Assembly: GCA_051362555.1 (NCBI GenBank) | Contig: CM120645.1 | Coordinates: 868,001-932,000 of the forward strand | DNA: 64,000 nucleotides | Direction: 5' to 3' | Source: Lingula anatina | Taxonomy: Eukaryota > Animalia > Brachiopoda | Part shown: positions 14,795-28,954 of the stretch, piece by piece | Layout: each line of letters opens with the position of its first letter | Position numbering within the stretch: the first letter of the stretch is position 1 | The notes under the pieces: model-generated | What the model saw: only the letters and a program-made list of their open reading frames with translations | Databases searched by the model: none | What the model was told of the DNA's origin: nothing | Made by a program: the position numbers and the translations under genes

Positions 14795-15473
14795 CTTCCC
14801 TGCTGCTATCCTATCACCTCCACTCTGTGGACAATACACACAAAGCAGCCTGAAGGGTGGTCAGTGAAATCTTCAGGGAGAGACGGAGGAAAAGCAGCAG
14901 TCTTATTTTGAATTTTGATGCCTTCGCCACTTTTGTTGTCCTTTTATTATCTTCAGCAATATTTCAGTAGACTGCAAGGTTTAATTCTCCTAATTGTTAT
15001 TAATGTTTTAGCAGATATTAAAATAGTTAATACATCCAAAGGAGACAAGCACTACTTTTAAAACAATTATTCCAAGTGATAAGAATCAATTTTCATTCAT
15101 TTTGCTCTTACTCAAACTCAGCATCAACAAACTTTATCCATCTTAATCACATTTATTTATTTCACATTTCTTATCCATTATTTATAACCAAGTGAGCAAT
15201 CAGCCTGTGCATTATCTTCCCCTCTCCCTCTCCCCCTGATCTCTGTGGTCACCCCCATGTTGCACTATGAAAGTTCAGTGATGTGAGACAGCAAACTGGC
15301 AGCTGGTCCACAGAACAACAAAGGGAGAGGCAGATGGAAATGACAGGTGCAAGGTGGAAAGCAAACAAGACCTTTCAAAGAGTATTACTTCACACTGGCA
15401 AAGAGATGAATGAATCACTGGCAGATTGACTTGCATTTGACGGCTGCATTTTTTCTCAGTTATGTAAGCATGA

Positions 15474-15525
<52 letters not shown>

Positions 15526-17628
15526 GGGGGGGGGTAAATGAGATTATCAATCAACAAATAAGTTTAGTATCTTGCACCCCCCCCCACCTTCTATAAATAT
15601 GTTTTATGATAACAAAAATGGAAATAAAATTCCAATTCTTGTTTCAGAGTGAATGAAAGGAGCTGAAAATAATGCGAGAAGCTAATTAAATTCGCCTGAC
15701 AACCTTTGCAAATATGTTTAATATTGTTTGATAATACTTACCCCACAACTACCCTACCATTTTCACATTTTCCTATATTATCCATGATTTTTCTTTCTTT
15801 TTTTCTAATGTTTAAGCTGTCCTATTTTTATATTTTAATCTTAGATAGTAATATAACTTCTGGTGTGTGTGTGTGTGCATGTGCGTGTGTGTGCGTACGT
15901 GCGTGTGTTATAAATGTGATGGCTGAATATTGAACCTTATCTTTTTTAATTATCTGCATCTTATCACAAGTATTCAAAGAAAACAGCAGTAACTGATACA
16001 CAGCATATGCCGGATTTCCTACAACACTAATCATTTTTGCTAAATCTCTTTCCGATTCCACCTTCCGTTAAAAATTTTTATTTCTTTAATCTTAAAGTAC
16101 GGATGACAATTAATATGTAAAACATTTGGGTCTAATTCTTGCGCCTGGTGTTTATAATCAACAAGGAAACTGATATGATAAGCTATTTCCTGGTGTAAGG
16201 TACTTGCTCAATAAATTTGAGTAACATGAATTCAGGGTTATTTCTTCAAAATTGTTTATGTAATTAGTGAATTCAAAATCTGGCTGGCTAGCTTTATGTC
16301 AGACAGTCCATTATTGTGGGAATCTAAAAATGATAATTATTGGAAAAAGTGAAGGAATAAGAAAACGGTATAGTGTTTGAAGATTCTAAGCCATTACCAT
16401 ATATTCAAGTAATGTAAAGTGTACAAGGCAGGTGTCATACTAAGTTCCTTCAACACAAATTATATAAAATAGGTGTAACTCTTGCCAAATAGAATCAAGA
16501 TAAGACATATCACATAAGCAATATAAATAGATAATTAAAAGCCTTGCCAACAGGGATGTATTGAAAATGCACAGAATATCCAGGCTCTTAAGCAGGGATG
16601 GTTTGGTGGGGTTCCGGAAAATTTCTGCTCAGAATCTAAATGACAACTATGTTTAATGCCATTTCTCAAAGTGGGTCAATTAAAACAATAAAAATGTCCA
16701 GTTTTTCAGAAAAAAAGCCCCTCCCCTCTATCCACCCTCTGGACACAAACCTGATATAAAAGGTAAAATAAAAATGTGCTTGTGACACTGTATCATACTT
16801 CCTTCTTAGACGCAGAGAGTACGCCGTCCAGTGTAAAAAGGCCTTTAGACAGTAAACTTTATAGGTGTGACTCTTGCTTAAATAGAAACTAAATAGGCTA
16901 TAACATTGGAATGATGACGCATCTTAATACAAGTGACAACACACAGATAGAAAACTAAGCATCTTAACTGCAGGATTTGACATTGTGCGACCATGGCAAC
17001 CGCGGTGATAATGTACCAACGATAGACGAGTTTAACTTTCCCATCCCACAGCGGTAGATTCCAGGTATATGGAGGGAATCATAAATAACAGCACCCAGCT
17101 GAATACAATATCATTCACTCCGCCAGCTATGAACTATGGTACATTACCAGGGCCCCTCACTAAATCAAACCATTTCACAACACAGCGATAAGAGCAAACG
17201 GTTGAAGTATTTGCATCGTAATTTTTTATAAAGACTTCTATTCTGCTTCACTGAAAGAAAATCATCTGTTTTGTACCAAATAAAAAAGAAGAATGTTTCA
17301 ATATCATATTTCACCAACAAGAGGGCTTAGGAAGACCTCAAGGTTGCTGACAGCCAGTGGATATTGCATCTCTAATAAAAATCATAACCAATTTCTCCAT
17401 TAACGCAAAGGTCACTGACATTAGAGGCACTCTGAAGTTGAAATACATGCACTCGCCTGCCTGTACACAGGCATAATGGAATCACATTAGCCAGAAAATT
17501 GGGTTTGATACTAAAAAGCACTTGGTATTTAGCTGTTAAATGTGCAATAAAAGCAGGCTCAGTTGGACTGAAAAGTTAGATATGTATTTTGCAGTGAAAA
17601 ATATATTATTTAAGCTACTGAGTAAAGC

Positions 17629-17660
<32 letters not shown>

Positions 17661-18075
17661 ATGGAGCCAGCCAAGCTTGGGTCCCACTGTTCTTTGTTCT
17701 ATAACATAAAGCTTAGCATGTGCAGAGAACAACCAATAAAGAAAAGACCAGGAACGCTGCATATCAATCATAGTGCTGAAACTCAAGCTGGTACGGAGTG
17801 ATGAAATTGATGTATTTCCTTTGTATAGAGGAGAAAAAAAATAAAACTCGTGGGATGTGAACTAGGTCAACTAAATAAGTTATAATGTTACGTATTTCCC
17901 GTATAAGTGGGTTACAGGCTTTCTTGTGATGTTAAAAAACAGGAAGGCTTTCTCGTCACATAAATGTGTACATGTATTTCAGCACAAGTTACTGCCATTT
18001 CTGCTATAAGTCTTATCCCAATTCTTAAGCTGCAATGCTCACAATTTTGAAAAGAAACAGTGTACAGTATGCTCA

Positions 18076-18122
<47 letters not shown>

Positions 18123-18298
18123 TTTTTTAAAATAATAAAAAGGGTATCTCCCTTATGTAGCATATACATCAGCAATGTATTCAGTGATTCTTTCCCCATC
18201 CAGAGCAAGTAAAATATAGACACAATGCCTTTGAAGGTCTAATTTCTCTACCACCCCCTGCCCAATATCCCCACCCTTAGATATGGTACACAACTTAA

Positions 18299-19895
18299 GG
18301 GGTCTAGGATATTAAAAATACGTCTAAAACTCGATTTTTAGTTTTTTATACGTTAGAAATAATCAATTTTGTATCTAATACTCAATTAAGTTATATTTGT
18401 GAAACACGGACTAAAAATAAACATTTGGACGAGTTTTTCTACCTGTCCTGACTGGTACGGGTGGCAGGCTTTAGGCTCCGCCTCCATTGTCAAGCACCGT
18501 TACTATGGTGAGGCGGGGCAGGAATGGTTGTCTAACTTCTCAAGCTGTTACGCGTGCCCTGGCAGCTCATAAGTCTTACGTCAGCTAAGCAGAACACAGT
18601 TATATAAACAGTCATGGGAAGAAAGAAAGTCGTGAGAAAACGGATGAGCGAGGAAAGCAAGAGAATTTTGAAAGAGAGTGTACGATATATTAAATTTTCT
18701 CCTATAGCGTCTAAATCACGTCTAGGTAAAGACTCGAGATCACACTTGAACTGCTGAGTATTCGTACAACGTCTGGGGTTGTCAGAAAAAAAATCGTTAG
18801 GCAATCATTTTATGCACAATAAAGATTGTAATAGCAAGCAAGTTTTTTAGTAATATTGCCACCCAAAACATTATCAAATTCGCATATTACGGTCTTGGCA
18901 CTCTGTGGCATCATGGCATATGCGTACCCACATTCGGCCATTTCTCGGAGTAAATCTTGCTTTGCTTTCTCAATTTTCGCGTCTTGGCGTGTAGAGCGGC
19001 GTCCACGCACGACGGGTGGCAAATTTCCTCTGCTGGCACACCAAGTGATCCTCTTTTTGTTTGTAAGCGCTTCCTTAGACACTTCCTAGACAGTGCACAG
19101 ACTCCTACTGCGTCAGGCACAATTATGATTAATTACGTCAGTGAAACGAGAGAAGGTAGACCTACTCAGCTGTCAATCATTTCTCAGCGAAGAGCGGCTT
19201 TCGTGGTACGAATAAGTTTGCGTACAAAAGTAAGATTTTCTGGCATCTAGATAGAAACAAACAACCCAATTTTAACACGTAATGGTGTATAGACCTTCCC
19301 GATCAACAAGATGATAACAGGTAAGGTGGAGGTGCAATTATTTTGCTTAAATAGCCCAATTACCTGAGCAAAATGGTTTAGGAGCGATTTCTCAGCTTTG
19401 AAGATTGATAACATAGTCTAAACTTCAATACCCATACCTCATTCTGTAACTGTCAGATTGACATGAAATTTGATGTGTCTCTGTTTCAGTATAATATCTA
19501 GTCGACTGAGTCTTGGTTTTTGGATTGACCTTTTATTTTTGAAGTTATTAATACTGAAATTGGAAGGTCCATATATATTTCGTAAAATTCACGTTTTATC
19601 AAAATAAAATCAAAAGCAAAAATAAAAAGAGAAAATCCTGACAGAGATCACTGGAGTTTGTGCTAACTTTTAGATAGCTATTTCAATCGTATTAATAGGG
19701 CTTTTTGTTTAAGAGAAATTCTTGATTAAAAAAAGGACAATTTTAGCCTCAAAACGCTGATATTACGTCACTCGTGTTACACTGTGACTACAAACTTTGA
19801 AAAATTGTTTGGCTTGCCAGACCTTATCTTTAAGTTAATAGGAAATTTCATTAGCTGCATTAGTTTTGGAGTTTTTTGTTAATATCCAAGATCCC
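18299..19895. mobile_element. 1.6-kb Kolobok-like DNA transposon (non-autonomous or degenerate)
   Basis: TTAA on both flanks (18295-18298, 19896-19899). Imperfect TIRs GGGGTCTAGGATATTAA / TTAATATCCAAGATCCC with purine-starting termini. CpG-rich interior with short ORFs. Confidence 0.75.
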
Positions 19896-21928
19896 TTAAC
19901 AACTTTTCTGGTATCTGGAACCTAGACATTTTATTGTACACATACACTCCAGTACCTACTTTTGTACCTTCTCATCTAATTAGTATTATGAACCTTATGC
20001 AATTATTTTTTTTTTCAGTCCAAAGTCCACTAGTCCAAAGAACTTTTATTCCAAAAGCCCATTTTTTTGCTTAATTAGTTGTAAAATGAATACACGTACA
20101 AAATGCTAAAGATACCTGCTGCCATTCTCCAGATATTTTCAACATTGTGCATTTCCTCTCTGAGCGTTTATTGCAATTATTTAACAATTTCAAATACTTC
20201 ACTACCCTAAACACTTGAATTTTTCAAATGTTATCTTTTCTGCTTTTCATAAAAATATACGTATAATCATGGGTTTACTACTATTTATAAATTTTTTCAG
20301 GTACTGCCAGCAAAAGATAAAAACTTAGGAAATTCCACTTGTTACTTTTGTTCAAAACTGTAGAGTGATTACCGTAACACTTTTGGTATTTGGTATCTTC
20401 AAAGGTTCAGGAAACAGGGCAGAAGTTTCAAGATGCTTCCACTTGTTACTTTTCTAAGAAGGTTACGAGGCCAGATTCTGGTTATCTCATCTGCGGGCCA
20501 CACTTATCCAACACCTTCAAAGATTAGCACAAGAGGAAGAAACCAACAGAGCGCACCTCATAGTTGAACTCTGAAGACAGGTTACATCAACATTTTCATC
20601 CTAATCTCAGAAAATAATTACACTTTTGTTATTTTGTTTACCCTGTTTGCTGCTGATCCTGAGGGGAAGTGTGTCTTATTAGAGTTTTTCCTGTTTCTGA
20701 TTATTCTCTCTGGGTCTGTCAGGTGTTTCAATACAATTCTTAATTATGGCCAGCTAACTCTACAGATTTCAACTGTAATATTGCAGTTTCAAAGCAAAGG
20801 GGTTGTGTTTGAAAACCTACTCAGTGTTCAAATGTGCACCAGAAACTTTGAGAAAATAAGAAAGTGCAAGTTATTGTGGTGGACTTTTTGTTTCCCATTT
20901 GCATACATAGGCTTATAGAGAAACATGGTTAAAAAGATATTTATCAATTTATATACCTGGCTAAATGTAAAAAATTACACAGAAATGTCAGATTATTTCC
21001 TCTTTAAAACTACTTGAAGAGACAAATATGGCAATGGATGCATTTTCTTTCTACAACCTTCTTGATGTTGCTCCCTTCTTAAAGATCAACTCAAGTTAGG
21101 GAAATAAAAAATAATTCAAAAGACAATGGACTGCTTGATCATTAACATGTTACCATGTATGCATTACTAATTAGCACTTACTTGAGGACTCTATCTTATC
21201 AATACACCACTCAAAGATAATGCTGTGTCTGCTTCTATTGTTGTGCCTGTGACTTATTAAAAACAGTGTTGCTATTGTTAAGACCACTTTACAAAGACAA
21301 ATATAAATACAAGGCCAAATGACAACTTAAAGACATTAATACCTGAAAACAACATAATATTTAAGCCAAAAGTAATGCGATAAAATATGAATATATTGTG
21401 CACCTGCTGATAAATAAATGATGACCCCCATGGTTTTACCCATCAAGCACATAGAGGGCAACTTACAAAGAGTATTGTTAGGCGCTCCACTCAAGTATGG
21501 ATAAAATTGGACCTAAATGATGAGTCACAATTCTGCATTCAGAGCGATGATAAAGACCATCAACATCATAAGAACCTATATAATGGGGAGGGGCTTATTT
21601 TGATTTGATAAAAAACGACCAAGTTAAATAAATTCGTGAGGCAGGAATGCAATACATTGATAACGAATGAATGAAAATGATAAAAATAATAAACGAAGTC
21701 TGCTATATAATACTGAAAATAACCGTCGATTTTACATAACAATACACTTTTGCTTTCACAAAATATACATGGTTAATGTTCTCAGACAAGAAAGTGGTGA
21801 AACTGCCGTAAGAAAGCTACATGACATCGAGGTTATAACAGTAATACAGCGGTGTGTTGATAAAAGATAAGACACCCCAATCTTCAACTTCAAAGCGGAA
21901 GGGATAAATTCAACACGAAAGATCTTAC

Positions 21929-21995
21929 CTTTAACGTGCGTCTCCACGCCAAACATCATTTCCTTCTCTTTCTTCAGTCTCTTATCCATTGCCAT
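21929..21995 (-). CDS. SRGAP: srGAP coding exon 1 (canonical N-terminus)
   Basis: ATG at 21993-21995, MAMDKRLKKEKEMMFGVETHVK followed by G|GTAAG (67 nt, phase 1). Resembles vertebrate srGAP KFKKDKEIIAEYDTQVKE and splices in frame to 341-524. Confidence 0.85.
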
Positions 21996-22430
21996 GATTG
22001 GAATCCAGACCACCGTCTATCAATGTTTTCTACGAAGACTTCATTTCTTTTGGATAGAAGATCGTGATTTCCAAGTCAGGAAGCCAGAGAGTGGAAGTCT
22101 TTTGATTTGGGAGGAAGATCATTGACATCACCTGGCCGCAATGCATCATGGGTGTGACGTCAGATTTAAAGGTCCATTTTGTTTTAAATCTTTCCATAAC
22201 TACAACCAATCATATCAGCCGTTACAACAGCTCATCCAATCAGAACTCTCGTAGGATTTGAATGCTGAAACGAAAATACACTAAACACGGAAGCAGACGT
22301 TCTAGAAACACAGAAGAAGAGAATTATTTTGTGGAATTTGCTCTTTTTGGTGGATGAGGATTGCCTGAATAGGAGAGTGGTGTAGTTTTATTACCCATAC
22401 ACCGTTTTAGCGTTTCACAAGGAGGAAAAA
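21996..22430. promoter_or_regulatory. bidirectional srGAP/FAM72 promoter and 5' UTRs
   Basis: 435 bp between divergent ATGs. Full CRE TGACGTCA at 22155-22162, CCAAT at 22206-22210 and 22236-22240, TTTGAA (CHR-like) at 22257-22262. Confidence 0.75.
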
Positions 22431-24308
<1,878 letters not shown>

Positions 24309-26653
24309 GACAGGAAGTCCAGGAAAATGCTACAGTTGAGATGTGGTGATTGCTCTATGTGCCAGTGCCTGCTGTGAGATGTGTTCAACTGCAGACTCCA
24401 ATATTACAATATTCCAAGGAGAAATTCAGTGGGGTCTTTGGGATAACAGACCCCTCCCCCCTGCCTCTTCCACCTCCTCTCTGATTGCTGAAGCTGAATA
24501 TGTTTTTTCTTTTGCAATGTGATCAAATGCATGGAAGCTTTGTTTGAATGTGATCATAAGTTGTGAGAGTGTGAGAGAAACATAAATGTAGATCTATATA
24601 TAATAAAGTAAGCCTTGTGAATTGAATGTCCATCTTGTGTGATATGATGCCACATGTATCTGTATTCATAAAGACAGTCAGACAGCAAGGCTGTTATAAT
24701 CATTAAAATTTGCGTTGACTCTCCCAGTGCCTTGAAAAGAGAGGGTGTGAACAAGATTATTAAAATTGCTGATGTCCTGACTTTGTTGGTTGGCATTATG
24801 TAAAGTGTTAAAATTGCTGATGTCCTGCCTTTTTGGTTGGCATTATGTAAAGTATGTGTTACAGTTTTGCTAGTGTTATGCAATATGTTTGTCTTTAAAA
24901 TAAGATGCAATGCTGCCACAGCTTGGTTCATGTTTTCCTGTATTTTACAATGCATACAAAGCAAGGCGCAGTGGTTGTAGAAATAGAAGTTGATATTTAT
25001 GTCACAAAGGTGCTGTTGAAGCAGTTGTCAAATTAGCTTTCATCCAGACTCACCTGTCAAATTAATCAGAATGGAAAATAGGTCTCATGTTGTTTTTAGA
25101 ACAGTCCTGCCTTCTTGAACTAAAGGCTGCTGTAACAACAGAAAAATCGGAGGAAGTGGTGGAAAGATTTTCTGTGCATTTATTCTAAAGTGGCTACTCA
25201 ATAACCTCTGTATTTATGTGATGACTCTTTGTTTTGAGTACACCACAAGCTTCTTGTTGATGAGGTGTATGAGACCAGCAGTGTAACCTCATTACTTTAA
25301 TGCTCTTTGTTTCTTTTGTTAAGGATACATCTTTATTTGTCATGAACTAAGGAGTTTGGGGCAAATGAAGAGCACAGAAAATGACTGTGCATTTTGCCTT
25401 TTGGCTGTCATACAATTTATTTTTATATATTTAAAAAATATAAATAAAATAACAAAGTGTATGAAGTAATTTTAATAGAATGTTTTCTGCAGTTGTAAAG
25501 AGAAAAATGTATTTACAATATTGTTGAAATATACTTTTCCTTGAGACGGGTGTGTTGTGTTTATGTTGTCCACAGGTCTGATTATTTAAGTCTGGGGTAC
25601 TTATCACTTTTATCACATATAAATTTTATCACCTATTGTTTTATCATATATCACTTTCATTTTCAAGATTTTTGGTCAGTCATTGATAGCAACGTATGTG
25701 GGTTCCTATGTAACCCAATTTGCCAAGACAACTGTAACTATAGTGTTGTTGAATGGGATTTATACCCAGACATGATTTTGGGGTTATGAGAAACAAATTT
25801 TTAAAAATGGCTCTGTGCCCTACCACCAGGATTTTGGGGGCTACTTTAGATCGGAAAATTACCAAAAATTATTGATTCTCATAAAATTTCAGTGCTTGGT
25901 AAGTGGATAGTTTACTCTACTACATGTACATTGTCAAAATTTAAGATGATTAAGAAAAAGCCAAATGCCAAAATTTCCTGCAATCATTTGAATATTAACC
26001 AAACAGTCGTAGAGCATGTTGATAGATTTTCCAGATGTTATGAAATTGCTAACAGGTACAATGTTTTCATTATTTTACAATAAAAAGTCTTCCAAGTGTA
26101 TTTTAAGTCCAGGGCCAGTTTACACTAATTGTTTCCACATCTCTACTAAGAAGCTATGCATTAACCCGACAAGATAATATAGATACAATATTTTATTGAC
26201 AAAAAACATCACACACAGATGTGTTGGCTTCAAACAAATTAATAATTTACAGAATTAACATTTCCCCATTACTTATCTTACAATGAATAATATATATCAC
26301 CTCCATGTTGCTACTGTGTCATTTCTCCAGATATACTGCTGACCTTCATACACTTCTACTAAGTTTTATTTGTACTAAGCGTCTTCTCTACTCTTTTCTA
26401 ATCAACTGGGCCCCCCAATGAATCCACTGTGAACAAAAATAAATAATAAATAAATAAATAAAATAAAAAACTGACAGCTATAAACTGTCATACTGATTAC
26501 ACCAATCAACAATTTCCGTATTCACCGAATTCTTAAAAGAAAAAAGGGCTTTTTTATGCCCATATTTGATCCAAGTGCTATGCTTGAGAAACAGCAAATA
26601 AATTTTGATGTATAGTAGACCTTTTTTAACTAAAAAGAGCATTTCTCCCAACT

Positions 26654-26699
<46 letters not shown>

Positions 26700-28954
26700 T
26701 GTCTATATGATAGGCCTTGCATATGTTTTCATCTGGTATCCTGTAAGATGCACATATATCTCATAATCACATTATTTGGACATAGGCACTTAGGAGCCTT
26801 GCATACATATAACATATTCTTTACATATATGTATGATATTTTATAGAACAATAAACTGTCAAACATTTGCCATATATTGAGATAGCAATGCAAGCACATG
26901 GAGCTTTTCAAGAAAAAAACAAAAAAAAACAAAAACAAATTAAAGAGTTGTCAACTTTACTTATTTGTGAGTATTCTACGCATGTTTTAACTATGAAAAT
27001 GTTCTCTATCTCTCAGTATACAAAGAAAGTCCCATTTCTACTCATTTAAACAGCCGACTCATCTGACTACTGATACAGTCACAATTATGATACTGCATTT
27101 ATTTGGAATGTGACTCAATAAATGAATTATATACATTTTATTGTTCTGTTTGTTATCTGTTTCATCTCATACTTCACAATAAATTTTGAATTAAAACAAT
27201 TAACATTTCCTGAAAAAAAAAAAAAAAACTTAAAGAGTTTCTAATTTTTCAGATATATATTTTGGAAATCTACATATTTTTCATGATCAAATGTTGGCAA
27301 CCCTGCAAGTACGTGGAATACCAGTACACAAGTCAGTGAATTAGAAACACTGATATTCTCATAATTTTTACAGGATGCTTGACAGTATTACCTCGATTTT
27401 CAACTTAAATTTTCAAGTCACCATCTTGTTACATACTGTTGGTTATTCAGCCTTCACTTGTTGGGCTAAAACAAATGAAAACCTAATACTTTGCTTGTTA
27501 AACTGGTACAGTAATTACCTAAAATATTCATACATCACACTTTTGTTTTTCAAAAGGTTCATCACTTCTAAACCCTTACAAATTTGTCCCTCAAGACAAC
27601 CACCTATCTTTTCAAAAACATAAAATCACAGTTTTTAAGTATTACTAATTAAGTATTTTAGGGGTAAATGACTAATTCATGGTGTTTGAATTCAAAGAGT
27701 AATTACCGTACCAAGACAGACTGGCCTAACATGTCAAATTCAATGTACAAAATGTGCAGGTATTTTTTACATGTATCTCTTCACCATCAGCTTTACACTG
27801 TTTTTATACATCATCTTATTTGTACATAATATCAGAAATCTAGAGAGTCACTTTTTAAATGACCAATGGCCATTGGCCCCTTACTGACCACACCCTCATT
27901 ATCTCTCCTGTCCAACAAGATTTTTGGCAGAACTTAAAATTATTTTGCTGTTAAATAAAACCCAGACAGTGATTATTTGAAATCTCTACAGTGCTGCCAC
28001 CTGCAATGTTAATAGCTACTGACTCCACACCAAATGTCAGTAAAATTGAATCTGAGCTGAATTTTGGTAAAACTGTTCAGCTGCAGGTCATGGTTTCTGC
28101 TCTGAGGCAGTAGATTCTGAACCCTCACGTCCTGAAGCACCTTAGGCTGGGTCCAGGAGGCTATTAGAGTTATTGGAACAGACTGGGTATGGTAGTTTGA
28201 ACTGGATATAACCACTATAAGAGCCAGGACCGCATCTGATTCCTTGAGAGTAACAGAACCAACACAGACTGTATCAAAGACAGACATGATTTTGGGTTGG
28301 AAGAAAAAAGTAGAAAGAAATGGCTCTATGATCTTCCCATTTGAGGGCCCTGGGGCCCCTTTCAAATATTCGATTTGAATTGGAAGAAAATCATGTTTGC
28401 AAAGAGCACCTAATCAGATGATATCTTTGCACAACTACCAGTAATTGCCTTCTTTTTGTGCTATAAATCAGAATGAGAAATCCAACGTGTACTTATATAC
28501 AGCTTTTAGTGTTGTGCTATTAATTTAGACAAATGGAATGGTTCTGGTAACGAGCCAGGAATGCCAAGGGCCAGCCTGGCATTAAAACAGTGTGATCACC
28601 AGAATTTGTGTAAACAGTCCACCAGGTCAGTACTATCCAGGGTCAGGTCCATACAGCAATTGTTCAATATTGATCGTGATTTCAGTCACTCCAGCTCCAC
28701 GTTTTTTAAACAGTTAACACCACAGCAGTTTTTGAGAAGCAAAGCCTTGAACCTTACACGCATACATGCTTGTGTGTAGCTTTTCTTCTCGTAAGCCAGA
28801 TCTACGTGGCAACCACGTGCGCTTCACGCACATGCATATGGCAAACACCTGACTGATCTGACTGATCGTTATAATAGTTTGTATTTGAAACAGACATCAC
28901 ACAGACACCGTAAGAAGGGGGTGAGTAGATAACGCAGGCCTTGTGTGTTAACTC

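Noticed and set aside
24554-24964. 136-aa minus-strand ORF with an internal duplication
   Set aside because: Non-ATG start in the probable FAM72 3' UTR; explained by a roughly 50-bp tandem duplication, with no splice support.
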